Positions 9,858 to 25,730 of a stretch of DNA of 64,000 nt are shown here, piece by piece. Every line of letters starts with the position of its first letter. The first letter of the stretch is position 1. Source of the stretch: an uncultured Acidobacteriota bacterium (GTDB lineage Bacteria > Acidobacteriota > Polarisedimenticolia > J045); NCBI GenBank assembly GCA_964420365.1, contig CAYQTA010000048.1, positions 5,635 to 69,634 of the forward strand. The letters run 5' to 3'. A program made the position numbers and the translations under genes. The notes under the pieces were generated by a model. It worked only from the letters and a program-made list of their open reading frames with translations, was not told where the DNA came from and ran no database searches.

Positions 9858-9906
9858 GGCGCGCCCCGCAGCGGGCACCGGGGGGGGAGGCGAACCTCGG
9901 CCTCCA

Positions 9907-12900
9907 TCAGGGGCAGGGCGGAACCTGGCGCTCGTGGCCCGACGAATCGGTCCCGGCCGTCCCCTCGGTTCCGGAGAACCACCCGGTGACCAGGTACCAG
10001 GTCGCGCGCCCCGCGTCCGGTCGTTCCGGCACGTCGAGGAACGGGAGCGGGTACCGGGGCTGGCGGCACTCGCCGTAGGGCTCGCCCTCCCGGAGCTCGG
10101 CGGGGTCTCCGGAGTAGACCGAGTAGCTCTCCGCGCCCTCCTCCCGGACCCAGGAAAGCCGGTCCGGCGTCCCTCTCTCGACGGTCACCCCGCCGATTTC
10201 CTGGTCGTCCAGGTCGCACGCATCGCCGGTGCCGTCCGCGTCGCGGTCCGCCTGGGAAGCGTTCGGTCCGAGCGGGCAGTTGTCGTCCGCGTCGAGGACC
10301 CCGTCCCCGTCGTCGTCCTCGTCGACATCGTTCGCGACACCGTCGCCGTCGACGTCCTGGTCGCACGCGTCCCCCACGCCGTCGCCGTCGGTGTCCCGCT
10401 GGAACCGGTCGGCGGCGTTCGGGCAGTCGTCACAGGCGTCCCCGACGCCGTCCCCGTCAGCGTCCTCCTGCCCGGGGTTCGCCACGAACGGGCAGTTGTC
10501 GACGTCCGCTCCCACCCCGTCGTGGTCGAGGGAATCGTCGTAGGGATCGCCGGGGAACGGGTCGCAGGCGTCACCCACGCCGTCACCGTCCTCGTCGGCC
10601 TGGTCGGCGTTCTCCGTGAAGGGACAGTTGTCGGCGTCGTTCTGCGCGCCGTCCCCGTCCCAGTCCCGCGCGGCGGCGTCGTCGCAGGTGTCCGGCAGGG
10701 GACGTTCGTCCCCGCTGGAGGCATTCCCCCCGCTTCCCTCGTTGCCGTCGCCGTCGACGCCGGTGACCAGGAACCAGAACGCCTTTCCGGCCGCCGGCGT
10801 GTCGGTGATCGTGGTTCCCGGGGCCTTGACGAGGGGCCGGTAGCACCATCCCGGGTCGCCCGAGGCGAGCCGGTCCGCGAAGCCGAAGTAGACGTTGAAG
10901 CTCTCCGCGGCCGGTTCACGCTCCCAGCGAATCCGCTCCGTGCCGTCCGCCACCCGCTCGAGCATCACGCCGGAAACCGCCAGGTCGTCGGTGTCGCAGG
11001 CATCGCCGGTGCCGTCTCCGTCCAGGTCGCCCTGCAGGTAGTTCGGCACGTGGGGACAGTTGTCTTCCCAGTCCTCCTTCCCGTCGCCGTCGTCGTCGGC
11101 GTCCGTGTCGTTGTCCTGGCCGTCCCCGTCGATGTCGGCGTCGCACTCGTCGCCGGTGCCGTCTCCGTCCAGGTCGCGTTCCATCTCGTGGGGGGTATCG
11201 GAGCACGGATCGCAGGCGTTCCCCCAGCCGTCCCCGTCGTCATCGACCTGCGGCGTGTTCCGCTGCCACGGGCAGTTGTCCTTGTCCGACCCGACGCCGT
11301 CCCCGTCCGGGTCGTTCAACGGGTCGGAGAGGAACGGATCGCAGGGGTCACCGTAACCGTCGAAGTCGACGTCGGCCTGGTCGGCATTCGGGAAGTTCGG
11401 GCAGTTGTCCGCCGTCCCGGTCCTGCCGTCGCCGTCCGGGTCTTCCTCGTCGTAGTCGATCCCCTCGCCGCCGGCGTAGACGTGGGCGTAGTCGGCGTAG
11501 TCGCGCAGGTCGAGCCACGCGGCCACGTACCCGTCGGAGCCCGCCCCCAGGGCGACGTCGTACGAGTCCGCGGCGCCCGGGGCCGACCCCAAGTCGAGGC
11601 GGAAGACCGGCCCGAAACTCGCGCCGCCGTCCGTGGACGACGTGGCGAAAACGTCGCGAGCCGTTTCTCCGGAGGGGGCGTTCCGGGAATCGACCCACCC
11701 GATGACCAGGAGGTCGCCGTCCGCGTCCATGTCCCACGAGTCCGGCGGGAAGGTGCCGGCGTCCACGCCCCGGTCGACGCGTCCCCGGGCCTCCCAGGTC
11801 ACCCCCTGGTCGCCGCTGACCGAGAGGCGGATCTCCCTGTCCCCGTCCCGGGCATCGGTCCAGGCGACGTAGATCCGGCCGGCGGCCACCGCCACCCGGA
11901 CGTCCTCCGCGGAGACGCCCTCCGGGCAGTCATCCACCCGCACGTCGCTGGCCAGCCAGGTCACGCCGCCGTCGCCCGAAACGTTCGCGTAGACGTGCCA
12001 GTCTCCGTCCCGGTCGTCCTCCCAGGCCACCGCCACCAGGCCGGCGTCGTCGCAGGCGATCGCCGGCCAGCGGGACTCGGACGAGTAGTCGGCGTCCCCG
12101 GTGTCGAGCCGGATCTCCGCGTCCGCGGGCAGCAGGGTCGCACCATGGTCCGTCGAGTAGCGGAGGAGGATCCGGCCCGGCTGGGACTGGGTGTTGCCCG
12201 AGTCGGTCGGGTGACGACGGTCGGTCCACGCGACGTACACGCGCCCCGTCCCGTCCGCGCAGAGGGCGGGCTCGCTGGCCCGCTCCATTCCAGGGTTGGG
12301 CGACCCCCAGTACTCGTCGGGTATGTTGACCCGCTGCTCCGGCTGCCAGGTCGCCCCCCCGTCGTCGGTACGGCCCAGCCAGATGGAGAACGTCCTCGCC
12401 CCCGGATCCCCGTCCCGGGCGTCCTGCCACGCGACGTAGGCATGCGGCCCCTGGCCGGCCGCCAGGCGCTGCTCGAAGAACGACTCCTGGTCGGGCGCCG
12501 TCTGGGGCACCTTCCGCCAGCTCTCGAACCATGAGGCGCCCCCGTCGGCCGAGGCGTTGGCCCGCATCAGGTTCGTGTCCGTGTAGCTCGACACGAACAT
12601 CGCGTAGACGTACCCCTCGTCGTTCGCCGCCACGGCCGAGCGGATCGAGTCGTAGTTCGGGTTGCCCGGCGTCAGGCTCTCGTTCAGACGCTGGTCCGCC
12701 CGGCGCCACGTGCCGCCCTGGTTGACGGAGACGTTGACGTAGGGGTCGTATCCGACGTAGTAGCGCCGGTCGAGGTAGACGGCCCAGGTGCGGTCCCCGA
12801 CCACGTCCAGGGACAGTCCTCGCTTCCGGGTCTTCTGGCTCGCCCAGTCCAGGCGGTCGACGCGCCGGTCCGGGTCCCGCAGCTCCCCGCAGAGCGCGAA

Positions 12901-12987
12901 CCAGCCACCGAGCCCGAGAAGGAACCCCGCCAAGAGAAGGATTGATGCCGCAACACGCCGAGACCCGGGAGACGACCACCTGCCCAT
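9907..12987 (-). CDS. Large secreted BNR/sialidase-like beta-propeller protein with thrombospondin type-3 Ca-binding repeats and two C-terminal FN3-like modules
   Basis: Signal peptide [27 protein letters not shown]. At least 7 SxDxGxTW BNR motifs. More than 15 DxDxDGxGDxCDxCP TSP3-like repeats. Two terminal LxWxxxxGAxxYxVY... modules. Confidence 0.8.
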   Translation of the reverse strand: MGRWSSPGSRRVAASILLLAGFLLGLGGWFALCGELRDPDRRVDRLDWASQKTRKRGLSLDVVGDRTWAVYLDRRYYVGYDPYVNVSVNQGGTWRRADQRLNESLTPGNPNYDSIRSAVAANDEGYVYAMFVSSYTDTNLMRANASADGGASWFESWRKVPQTAPDQESFFEQRLAAGQGPHAYVAWQDARDGDPGARTFSIWLGRTDDGGATWQPEQRVNIPDEYWGSPNPGMERASEPALCADGTGRVYVAWTDRRHPTDSGNTQSQPGRILLRYSTDHGATLLPADAEIRLDTGDADYSSESRWPAIACDDAGLVAVAWEDDRDGDWHVYANVSGDGGVTWLASDVRVDDCPEGVSAEDVRVAVAAGRIYVAWTDARDGDREIRLSVSGDQGVTWEARGRVDRGVDAGTFPPDSWDMDADGDLLVIGWVDSRNAPSGETARDVFATSSTDGGASFGPVFRLDLGSAPGAADSYDVALGAGSDGYVAAWLDLRDYADYAHVYAGGEGIDYDEEDPDGDGRTGTADNCPNFPNADQADVDFDGYGDPCDPFLSDPLNDPDGDGVGSDKDNCPWQRNTPQVDDDGDGWGNACDPCSDTPHEMERDLDGDGTGDECDADIDGDGQDNDTDADDDGDGKEDWEDNCPHVPNYLQGDLDGDGTGDACDTDDLAVSGVMLERVADGTERIRWEREPAAESFNVYFGFADRLASGDPGWCYRPLVKAPGTTITDTPAAGKAFWFLVTGVDGDGNEGSGGNASSGDERPLPDTCDDAAARDWDGDGAQNDADNCPFTENADQADEDGDGVGDACDPFPGDPYDDSLDHDGVGADVDNCPFVANPGQEDADGDGVGDACDDCPNAADRFQRDTDGDGVGDACDQDVDGDGVANDVDEDDDGDGVLDADDNCPLGPNASQADRDADGTGDACDLDDQEIGGVTVERGTPDRLSWVREEGAESYSVYSGDPAELREGEPYGECRQPRYPLPFLDVPERPDAGRATWYLVTGWFSGTEGTAGTDSSGHERQVPPCP

Positions 12988-13540
12988 CTGCCTTCCCTTT
13001 CCCCGCCCGACCGGCATCGGCCGCCGGGCGAACCCCTCCCGCGCTTGTCGTTGTCCTGCGTATACGGCGAAACCCGCCCCGCGACAGCCGCCTTTTTGGG
13101 GCGAGGAAGGAGGCGGTCCCGTCGCCCCGGGTCCGCACGCGTCCCGGGGGTCCAGTGTTCTCCCTTGCCCCCCGGGGCGCGCATCCTGCCGGCAAGGGAC
13201 GCTCGTGCCCGGAATCGTTCGTCCTGTCCGGCCCCGGCGGCGTGGGCGGTCCGCCGGCGCGACGACACGGACCGACCGGGCCCGGCGGCTGGCCGGAACC
13301 ACGTTATCTCGCAACGACTTGGCTTCCCGGCTGGCGCCCCCCCGGGGCGGCGCTCAATTTTTCCTTGCAACGCGACGGGCTTGCTCGTCTATTTCTGGCC
13401 GTCAGGTTGGGCCGGTCCGTATCCCGCCCGGTCCCCGTGCTGCCCGGGGTTTGGCGGGGAAGGAGGGCCGGTTCAGGGGCGGCTCCAGGGCTTGACTCGG
13501 CCCCAAGTGGGGAAAGGCGCGGGGGTTGGGTTCTGGAGCC

Positions 13541-13556
13541 TGGCCGGGCCCGAGCA
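13541..13556 (+). promoter_or_regulatory. Candidate sigma-54 (-24/-12) element TGGCCGGGCCCGAGCA
   Basis: GG and GC are spaced as in TGGCAC-N5-TTGCA. It lies ~125 nt upstream of the Cys-rich gene, and two sigma-54 activators are encoded nearby. It matches only the GG/GC core. Confidence 0.25.
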
Positions 13557-13557
13557 A

Positions 13558-13572
13558 GGACAACGGTTGTCC
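13558..13572. promoter_or_regulatory. Perfect 7-1-7 palindrome GGACAACGGTTGTCC (candidate operator)
   Basis: Seen directly in the divergent intergenic region 110 nt upstream of the Cys-rich secreted protein gene. Confidence 0.4.
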
Positions 13573-13681
13573 ACGCCCGATGGGCCGCCCCGGAGAACGA
13601 ACGCGGGTTGAGAGGTTGGGTACACAGGAGAAACCGACGAACATGCGAACCCCTGCGCCTCGAGGAAAGGAGCCCAAGACG

Positions 13682-14041
13682 ATGCGTCCGGCAGCTGTGA
13701 TCAAGATCCTGGGCGCCGCTCTCCTGATCATCATGGGAACGGCGCTCGTCACCCCGGTCGCCCTCGCCGACGAGCAGGACTGCATCAACGCCTGCGCCGA
13801 CCAGTGGCAGCAGGACAAGGCCGAGTGCGACCAGCAGCTCGCCGATCGGATGGCCGAGCTGGACCAGGAGGCACAGGAGTGCCTCGAGAACAACACCAAT
13901 CCGATCGACGCGGCGCTGTGCCTTCGCGAGGTCAACATCAAGCGTTACCGCGCCAAGGCCGACTACCAGCGGTGCATGAACATGGCCAACACGATGGCCT
14001 ACGACTGCTACCGCCACTGCACCTCCCGCTCCACGCCGTAA
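13682..14041 (+). CDS. Small secreted cysteine-rich protein (119 aa, 8 Cys in the mature part)
   Basis: ATG at 13682 preceded by AAAGGAG. Signal peptide MRPAAVIKILGAALLIIMGTALVTPVALA. Mature part has Cys at regular spacings (CINAC...C...C...C...C...C..C). Confidence 0.7.
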   Translation: MRPAAVIKILGAALLIIMGTALVTPVALADEQDCINACADQWQQDKAECDQQLADRMAELDQEAQECLENNTNPIDAALCLREVNIKRYRAKADYQRCMNMANTMAYDCYRHCTSRSTP

Positions 14042-14096
14042 GCGCGCCGGAGCGCTGGCCAGCGCAAAGATCTCGCGAGAAGCAAAGCATCGTGAA

Positions 14097-14130
14097 GGGG
14101 CCCGGCCGCGAGCCGGGCCTTTTCTTTCCC
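14097..14130 (+). terminator. Intrinsic terminator (GC stem gggcccggc/gccgggcc + TTTTCTTTCC)
   Basis: Hairpin followed by a T-run 55 nt after the Cys-rich gene stop. Confidence 0.6.
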
Positions 14131-14256
14131 CGCCGGTTCTTCCCCCCGTCGCCACCGGCCCCCGCCCGATCCTCCCGGGGCGGGCATCAAGCTCCGGGGT
14201 CCCCGGCCGATAAGAAGGTCCCGGGGGCGCGATTGCCCCGGAAGGAGAGCAGCCCC

Positions 14257-15102
14257 GTGTCGACGACGACCCCCTCCACTGCCCAGGAGACCGTCCGCTC
14301 CCTCCTCGCCGGCGCCGGGGATCTGCCGGTCCTGCCCGAGAACGCGATGCGGATCCTGGACGAGATCCGGTCGCCCAAGGCGTCCGCGGCACGCCTCGCG
14401 GAGTTCGTCAGCAAGGACCCCGTGATCGCCTCCACCGTGCTGCGCGTGGCCAACTCCGCCCTCTACGGCGGGCGCATGGAAATCACCGACCTGACGTTCG
14501 CCATGACGCGGATCGGGCTGAACCACGTCCGGAACCTGGTCCTCGCGCTGGTCCTCCGGTCGAAGATGGCGGACCCCCAGGTCTACGGGCCCGAGGGGGC
14601 ACAGTTGATGGAACACTCCCTGGCCGTCGCCTTCGGCTCCCGCCTGGTCGCGGACGAGGCCGGGGTCACGGCCGACGAGTCGTTCCTCTGCGGCCTGCTC
14701 CACGACTTCGGCAAGCTCGCCCTGGTCAAGGCGCTGCGGGAGGCGGAGGGGCTCCGGCAGGGACAGCTCCCGGAAGCGCTCCAGCGGATCGTCGACGTGC
14801 ACCACCCGGAGGCGGGCGCGCTCCTGGCGGAGAACTGGGGCCTTCCCGCGGTCGTCGCCGCCACGGCCCGCTGGCACCACGAGCCCCAGGGGGCCGGCGA
14901 GCACGCCCGGATGGCCGCCGTGGTCGCCCTGGCCGATTCCCTGTGCCACCACCTCGGTCTCGGATCGGAACCGAACGACCAGATCGTCCCGGCAGAGCTC
15001 CCCGTGGTCACGTTCCTCGGGCTCGAGGCCGACCAGGTGCAGGAGATCGCGGAGCACCTCCCGGGCCTCTTCGAGACGGCCCGGAACGCCATCCGGGGCT
15101 GA
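14257..15102 (+). CDS. HDOD-domain signalling protein
   Basis: GTG start after AAGGAGAG. The sequence LPVLPENAMRILDEIRSPKASAARLAEFVSKDPVIASTVLRVANSALYG...LLHDFGKL matches HDOD (HD-related output domain). Confidence 0.8.
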   Translation: MSTTTPSTAQETVRSLLAGAGDLPVLPENAMRILDEIRSPKASAARLAEFVSKDPVIASTVLRVANSALYGGRMEITDLTFAMTRIGLNHVRNLVLALVLRSKMADPQVYGPEGAQLMEHSLAVAFGSRLVADEAGVTADESFLCGLLHDFGKLALVKALREAEGLRQGQLPEALQRIVDVHHPEAGALLAENWGLPAVVAATARWHHEPQGAGEHARMAAVVALADSLCHHLGLGSEPNDQIVPAELPVVTFLGLEADQVQEIAEHLPGLFETARNAIRG

Positions 15103-15177
15103 GGTTCAAGACGAGATGGGAGGCGGCGCGGCGCCCAGCACCTGATCCCCCGCAACGCGAACGACCGCGCCGTCCGG

Positions 15178-15212
15178 CACCCCCGGCATCGGGCCGGGGG
15201 TGTCGCTTTCTC
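15178..15212. terminator. Bidirectional terminator-like hairpin cacccccggc-atcg-gccgggggtg followed by a T-rich tract
   Basis: A 10-bp perfect stem between the convergent HDOD and enoyl-CoA hydratase genes. Confidence 0.5.
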
Positions 15213-16535
15213 TCAGGCACCGGCCTCCCGGGCCGCCTCGAGGAGCGGCCCCGCGTCCGGAAGCCCCCCGGCCGCGAGAAGCTCCCGGGCCCTCTCGACC
15301 GGGAGCCGCGCGAGGAACGCCAGCGGCCCTCCCCGCCAGGCCGGCCAGCCGAGCTCCCGGACGAGGAGCCGGTCGATCGCCAGGGCCGGCACATCCTCGC
15401 CGGCCCGGGCCCGGGCCTCGAGGGTCCCCGCCAGGAACGCGGGGAGCCAGCGCGTGGCGAAGGGATCGACCCCGGAGGCGGAGAGGGAAAGCAGGAGCGC
15501 GGCTCCCCGCCCCCGGCCGAGGCCCTCGAGCAGCGCCTCCTCTCCCAGGCGGCGGCCCAGGGGCACGCGGTCGAAGCCCCACGCCAGCATCTCCGCCAGG
15601 ACGCGGCGCCTGGCCTCCCGCTGGCCCGGGAGCGCCTCTCGCAGGCGCTCCACGACCGCCTCGACCACGGTCTCCGGGGCGACGGGCTGCCCGGGATCCC
15701 CCGCCAGCAGGCGGGGGAGTTCCCGCGCAGCGGGACTTTCCGCCGCCTCGAGGCACGCCTCCCGGACCTGGTCCGCCACCTCCCCGGGCGGCCACGCCAG
15801 GCACAGCTCGACGAGGCGAACGACCCGGTGGGGAGCCGGGTAGGCATCCGGCTCCGGGGCCATGCTCGCCGCCCGGAGGCGAGCCCGGGAAAAGGCCATC
15901 CGCCGGAGGAACGGGAGCCAGCGCAGCAACCTGTCCGGAAACGGCCAGCGGGGGGGGCGGGGGGACACCCGCAGCGCCTCGGCGGCGAGTTCCTCCGGGC
16001 GGGTGACCACCCGGTCGACGAGCCCCCATCCCCGGGCCATTCCCGCCGGGAGGGCCGCCCCCGAGAGCAGCCACTCGAGGGCGCGGGTGGGACCCGCGAG
16101 CGTCACGGCCCGCTCCAGCCCACCCCATGCCGGCAGGGTCCCGGCCTGCAGGTCGGGAAAGCCGAGCCGCGCGGACGGGAGCGCCACCCGCGAGCGGCAG
16201 GCGAGCGCCAGCTCCAGGGGAGGACCGGCCGTCAGCCCGGGCAGGAGCGCGACCACCGGGGCCGGGAACTCGGCGAGGCGCCGGGCCAGCTCCCGGCCGG
16301 ACGTCAGCCACTCCCCGAGTTCCTCCCGCCGGCCCGGGCGCGGGACCAGGGGAGCCAGGAACGGGCCCGCACCCTCCCAGGCGAGGACCAGGCGCCGGGG
16401 ACCGCGCCGGGCCGCGGTCTCGAGGGCATCCGAGAGCGCGGGAAGGGCGGGACGTCCCCCCGGCCGGGCGACCAGCCGGAGGGCCCCTCCCTCCCCCTCG
16501 AGGCGGACGTCGAGTCCCGGGCCGGGATGGGTCAC
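15213..16535 (-). CDS. Enoyl-CoA hydratase/isomerase (crotonase-fold) family protein with a ~180 aa C-terminal extension
   Basis: GTG start shares GTGA with the upstream TPR gene stop. The N-terminal ~250 aa has the crotonase fold (LVLAWEGAGPFLAPL...GLERAVTLAG...WGLVDRVV). Confidence 0.7.
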   Translation of the reverse strand: MTHPGPGLDVRLEGEGGALRLVARPGGRPALPALSDALETAARRGPRRLVLAWEGAGPFLAPLVPRPGRREELGEWLTSGRELARRLAEFPAPVVALLPGLTAGPPLELALACRSRVALPSARLGFPDLQAGTLPAWGGLERAVTLAGPTRALEWLLSGAALPAGMARGWGLVDRVVTRPEELAAEALRVSPRPPRWPFPDRLLRWLPFLRRMAFSRARLRAASMAPEPDAYPAPHRVVRLVELCLAWPPGEVADQVREACLEAAESPAARELPRLLAGDPGQPVAPETVVEAVVERLREALPGQREARRRVLAEMLAWGFDRVPLGRRLGEEALLEGLGRGRGAALLLSLSASGVDPFATRWLPAFLAGTLEARARAGEDVPALAIDRLLVRELGWPAWRGGPLAFLARLPVERARELLAAGGLPDAGPLLEAAREAGA

Positions 16536-17511
16536 TGCTCTCCCCGGTTGACCGGGGTCGGTGCCTGGCTCCGCTCGAACTCGATGGCCCCCAGCACCTT
16601 CCTCGCGTCGGCACCCAGCTTCTGGGCGAGCTTCGCCTGGGTCTCGGCCTCGTCCCACCGGCCCTGGCGCAGGAGGGCGTTCGCCAGCGCCAGGTGAGCG
16701 TTCGCGTCGGTCGGATCGACCTCGACGGCCCGGCGCAGCCGCTTCTCGGCGAGGTCCCAGTTCCGTGCCCGGAGCTCGGCCACGCCGGCGACGAACTGCA
16801 CGTTGGCGTCCTTCGTGGCCAGGTCCGCCGCGCGGCTCCAGGCCTGCCGGGCATCCTCCCAGCGGCCCATGGCCTCGTAGATCCGCGCCGCGGCGACGAG
16901 CGCCCGCACGTTTTCCGGGTCCCGGTGGATCGCCTTCTCGATGTACGAGAGCCCCTCCCCCTTTCTTCCCTGTCCGTAGAGCAGGTTGCCGAGGTTGTAG
17001 AGGGCTCCCGAGTTCTTCGGGTCCAGCCGGATGGCCTGGCGGAAGGCCCGCTCCGCCTCCGGGGGACGGTTCGCCAACCAGTAGAGGGAACCGAGCACCC
17101 GCCATGCCTCGCTCGCCAGCTTCGGAGAGGCGAGCGGCGACTCGGCGGCGCGTTTCGCCTTCTCCTCGGCCTCGTCGTAGCGGCGAGCGAGGGAGAACGC
17201 CTTGGCCTGGTAGAGCATCACCCGGGGATCCTCCGGGTCGATCGCCGCGGCCTCCGCGAGCACGGCGATCCCTTCCTCCACCTTCCCGGACTTCGCCAGG
17301 GCGAAACCCCAGCGGGCCTGGGCCTCCGCGTCATCCGGGTGCTCCTTCGCCGCCCGCTCCAGCTCGGCGAGCGCCCGCTGAACCTCCTCCGTCGGCTTCA
17401 CGAAGCGGGGCTTCCTCCGCGTACCCGGCGGGGGCTCTTCCCCGTGCACGGCGGGCACGCCGGCAAGCAGGACCAGGATGCCCAGCAGCGCGACGATCGC
17501 GTTCCTCGTGC

Positions 17512-17515
<4 letters not shown>
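16532..17515 (-). CDS. Secreted TPR-repeat protein
   Basis: GTG start after GGGAGGAG, overlapping the NtrC stop (GTGA). Signal peptide VSTRNAIVALLGILVLLAGVPAVHG. Multiple TPR repeats. Confidence 0.75.
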
Positions 17516-18888
<1,373 letters not shown>

Positions 18889-18898
18889 CGCGGGGCGC

Positions 18899-20440
18899 TC
18901 ACTTCCGCGGGGCGCGGAAGAAGAGGAACAGCTCCTCCCCGTCCCGCAGGAGCGCCCGCAGTCGCACCACCTGCCCGGGCTCGATCCCGGAGGTCGCCTC
19001 GCGGAAGGCCCTCACCGTCGGCGTTGCCTTCCCGTTGACGTCCGCGATCACGAGCCCCGGCCGGACGCCCTTCCGCCAGGCCTCGGAGGCCGGGTCCACG
19101 TCGTCGACGAGGACCCCGCCCTCGACTCCCTTCTTCTCGAGGGTCTTCTTCCAGCCGGGAGGAAGCGGGACCACGCGGATCCCGAGGGCCTCCGCGCTGC
19201 CCTCGTCCGTCTCTTCCTGCCTTCGCGGCGAGGAGGGAACGGCGTTCTCGTCGAGGCCGACCTTCCGCTCGCCCAGCGTGACCTTCACGTCGATCTTCTT
19301 CCGGTCGCGCCAGATGGTCAGCGTGACCTCCTCCCCGGGCAGGTGGGAGGAGATGGCGTCGACGAGGGCGCCGCTGTCCCGGATCGGCGTACCGTTCACG
19401 GCGAGGATGATGTCCTCCTCCCGGATGCCGGCGTCGGCGGCCGGGGAGTCGTCGGCGACGTCGTTCACGAAGGCGCCCCGGACCGAGTCGAGACCGTAGT
19501 ACTCGGCCTTCTCGCGGGTCATCGGCGACACCGTCACCCCCAGCCAACCACGATGGACGGTGCCCTCCCTGGCGAGCTGGTCGAGCACCCGCTTCGCCTG
19601 GGAAATCGGCAGGGCGAAGCCGATCCCCTCGACGTAGCCCCGGAAGGGGTGCCCGGGGTCGTCCCGGATGATCGCGGTGTTGATGCCGACGACCTCGCCC
19701 CGCGCGTTGAGCAGCGGACCGCCGGAGTTCCCGAAGTTGATCGCCGCGTCCGTCTGGATGTACGTCCCGAGGTCCGACGGATCGAAGCCGAGCCGCCGGC
19801 CCTTCCCGGAGACCACCCCGACGGTCACGGTGTTCCGGTACATGATCGGGTTGCCGATCGCGATCACCCACTCGCCGACCCGCAGGGAGTCGGAGTCTCC
19901 GAGGGGCAGTGCCGGGAACTCCCGGTCCGCGTCGACCTTGAGCAGCGCCAGGTCCAGGTAGGGATCGGTCCCGACGATGCGGGCCTCGTACTCGTCGTCG
20001 TCGCTGGTGGTGACGACGACGTGCTCCGCCCCCTCGATCACGTGGCGATTGGTGAGAACGTAGCCGTCACGGGTGATGAAGAACCCGGAGCCGCCCCAGC
20101 GCTCCTCGTCCTTCTTCCCCGGCCCCTGCTCCGGGAGGGGCGGCATCGGCCGGTCCTGGAAGAAGCGACGGAAGAACGGGTTGTCCATCAGGCCCTCGTG
20201 GGGATCCTTGCGTTCGACCACCTTGCGGGACGTGATGCTGACGACCGCCGGGATCGCGCGCTCGGCGAGGTCGGCGAAGGAAGGCACCTGGACGGCCTGG
20301 TCCGCCGGAGGCGGGGGCACCAGGTCGAGCCCGTTCGACGCGGCCATTCCGAGGGGCGGGACGAGCCAGGCGAGCAGGCCGCCCGCGGCGGCCGCGAGCA
20401 CGAGGGTCAGGACGAGAACCAGCCGGTTGCCACGCATCAT
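18899..20440 (-). CDS. Periplasmic serine endoprotease DegP/HtrA family (trypsin domain + 2 PDZ)
   Basis: Start ATGATG after GGAGGAGGAG. Signal/TM segment; catalytic motifs TNRHV, D, GNSGGPL; two PDZ domains. Confidence 0.9.
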   Translation of the reverse strand: MMRGNRLVLVLTLVLAAAAGGLLAWLVPPLGMAASNGLDLVPPPPADQAVQVPSFADLAERAIPAVVSITSRKVVERKDPHEGLMDNPFFRRFFQDRPMPPLPEQGPGKKDEERWGGSGFFITRDGYVLTNRHVIEGAEHVVVTTSDDDEYEARIVGTDPYLDLALLKVDADREFPALPLGDSDSLRVGEWVIAIGNPIMYRNTVTVGVVSGKGRRLGFDPSDLGTYIQTDAAINFGNSGGPLLNARGEVVGINTAIIRDDPGHPFRGYVEGIGFALPISQAKRVLDQLAREGTVHRGWLGVTVSPMTREKAEYYGLDSVRGAFVNDVADDSPAADAGIREEDIILAVNGTPIRDSGALVDAISSHLPGEEVTLTIWRDRKKIDVKVTLGERKVGLDENAVPSSPRRQEETDEGSAEALGIRVVPLPPGWKKTLEKKGVEGGVLVDDVDPASEAWRKGVRPGLVIADVNGKATPTVRAFREATSGIEPGQVVRLRALLRDGEELFLFFRAPRK

Positions 20441-20490
20441 CACGGATCTCTCCTCCTCCGGCCCGTGCGGGCCGGTATCGATCGCGAACG

Positions 20491-25408
<4,918 letters not shown>

Positions 25409-25644
25409 GGCGATCGCTCTCCTGCCTCGGGCGGCCCCCCGTCCCCGGACCGGGAGGCGCCCGCGACCCGCAGTGTGCGCCCGGGGGCCATCCCTGTCAA
25501 ATCGGCGCACCGGTTCGAGGACACATCGCGCCAACGCTACGCGGTCCGCCCGGAGCCCGCGCGGCGCACGGGAATCGGCTCCCCGGCAGGCCGATTCGCC
25601 GTATGCTTTGGCAGGAGTTCGCGCACCCGTTTCGACGAATGGCT

Positions 25645-25660
25645 GCTGCAGATCTGCAGC
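25645..25660. promoter_or_regulatory. Perfect 16-bp palindrome GCTGCAGATCTGCAGC (candidate XRE operator)
   Basis: Seen directly in the divergent HK/XRE intergenic region ~70 nt upstream of the XRE-TPR gene. Confidence 0.45.
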
Positions 25661-25730
25661 ACGATCGCCGGTGGCGGGGCTAAAGAGGGTTGATTGCGCG
25701 GTATGATGGGATCCTGAGAGGGAGGTTCCC

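Noticed and set aside
13000-13680. Possible small ORFs or sRNA in the 690-nt divergent intergenic region (ORFs 12788..13495, 13045..13611 etc.)
   Set aside because: Translations are low-complexity with no SD. The region is better explained as promoter and leader for the flanking divergent genes; it contains the palindrome and a -24/-12-like element.
25645-25660. CTGCAG-AGATCT-CTGCAG (PstI-BglII-PstI) palindrome as a possible cloning-vector remnant
   Set aside because: No other vector-like sequence nearby. Its position in a divergent promoter upstream of an XRE regulator fits a natural operator.
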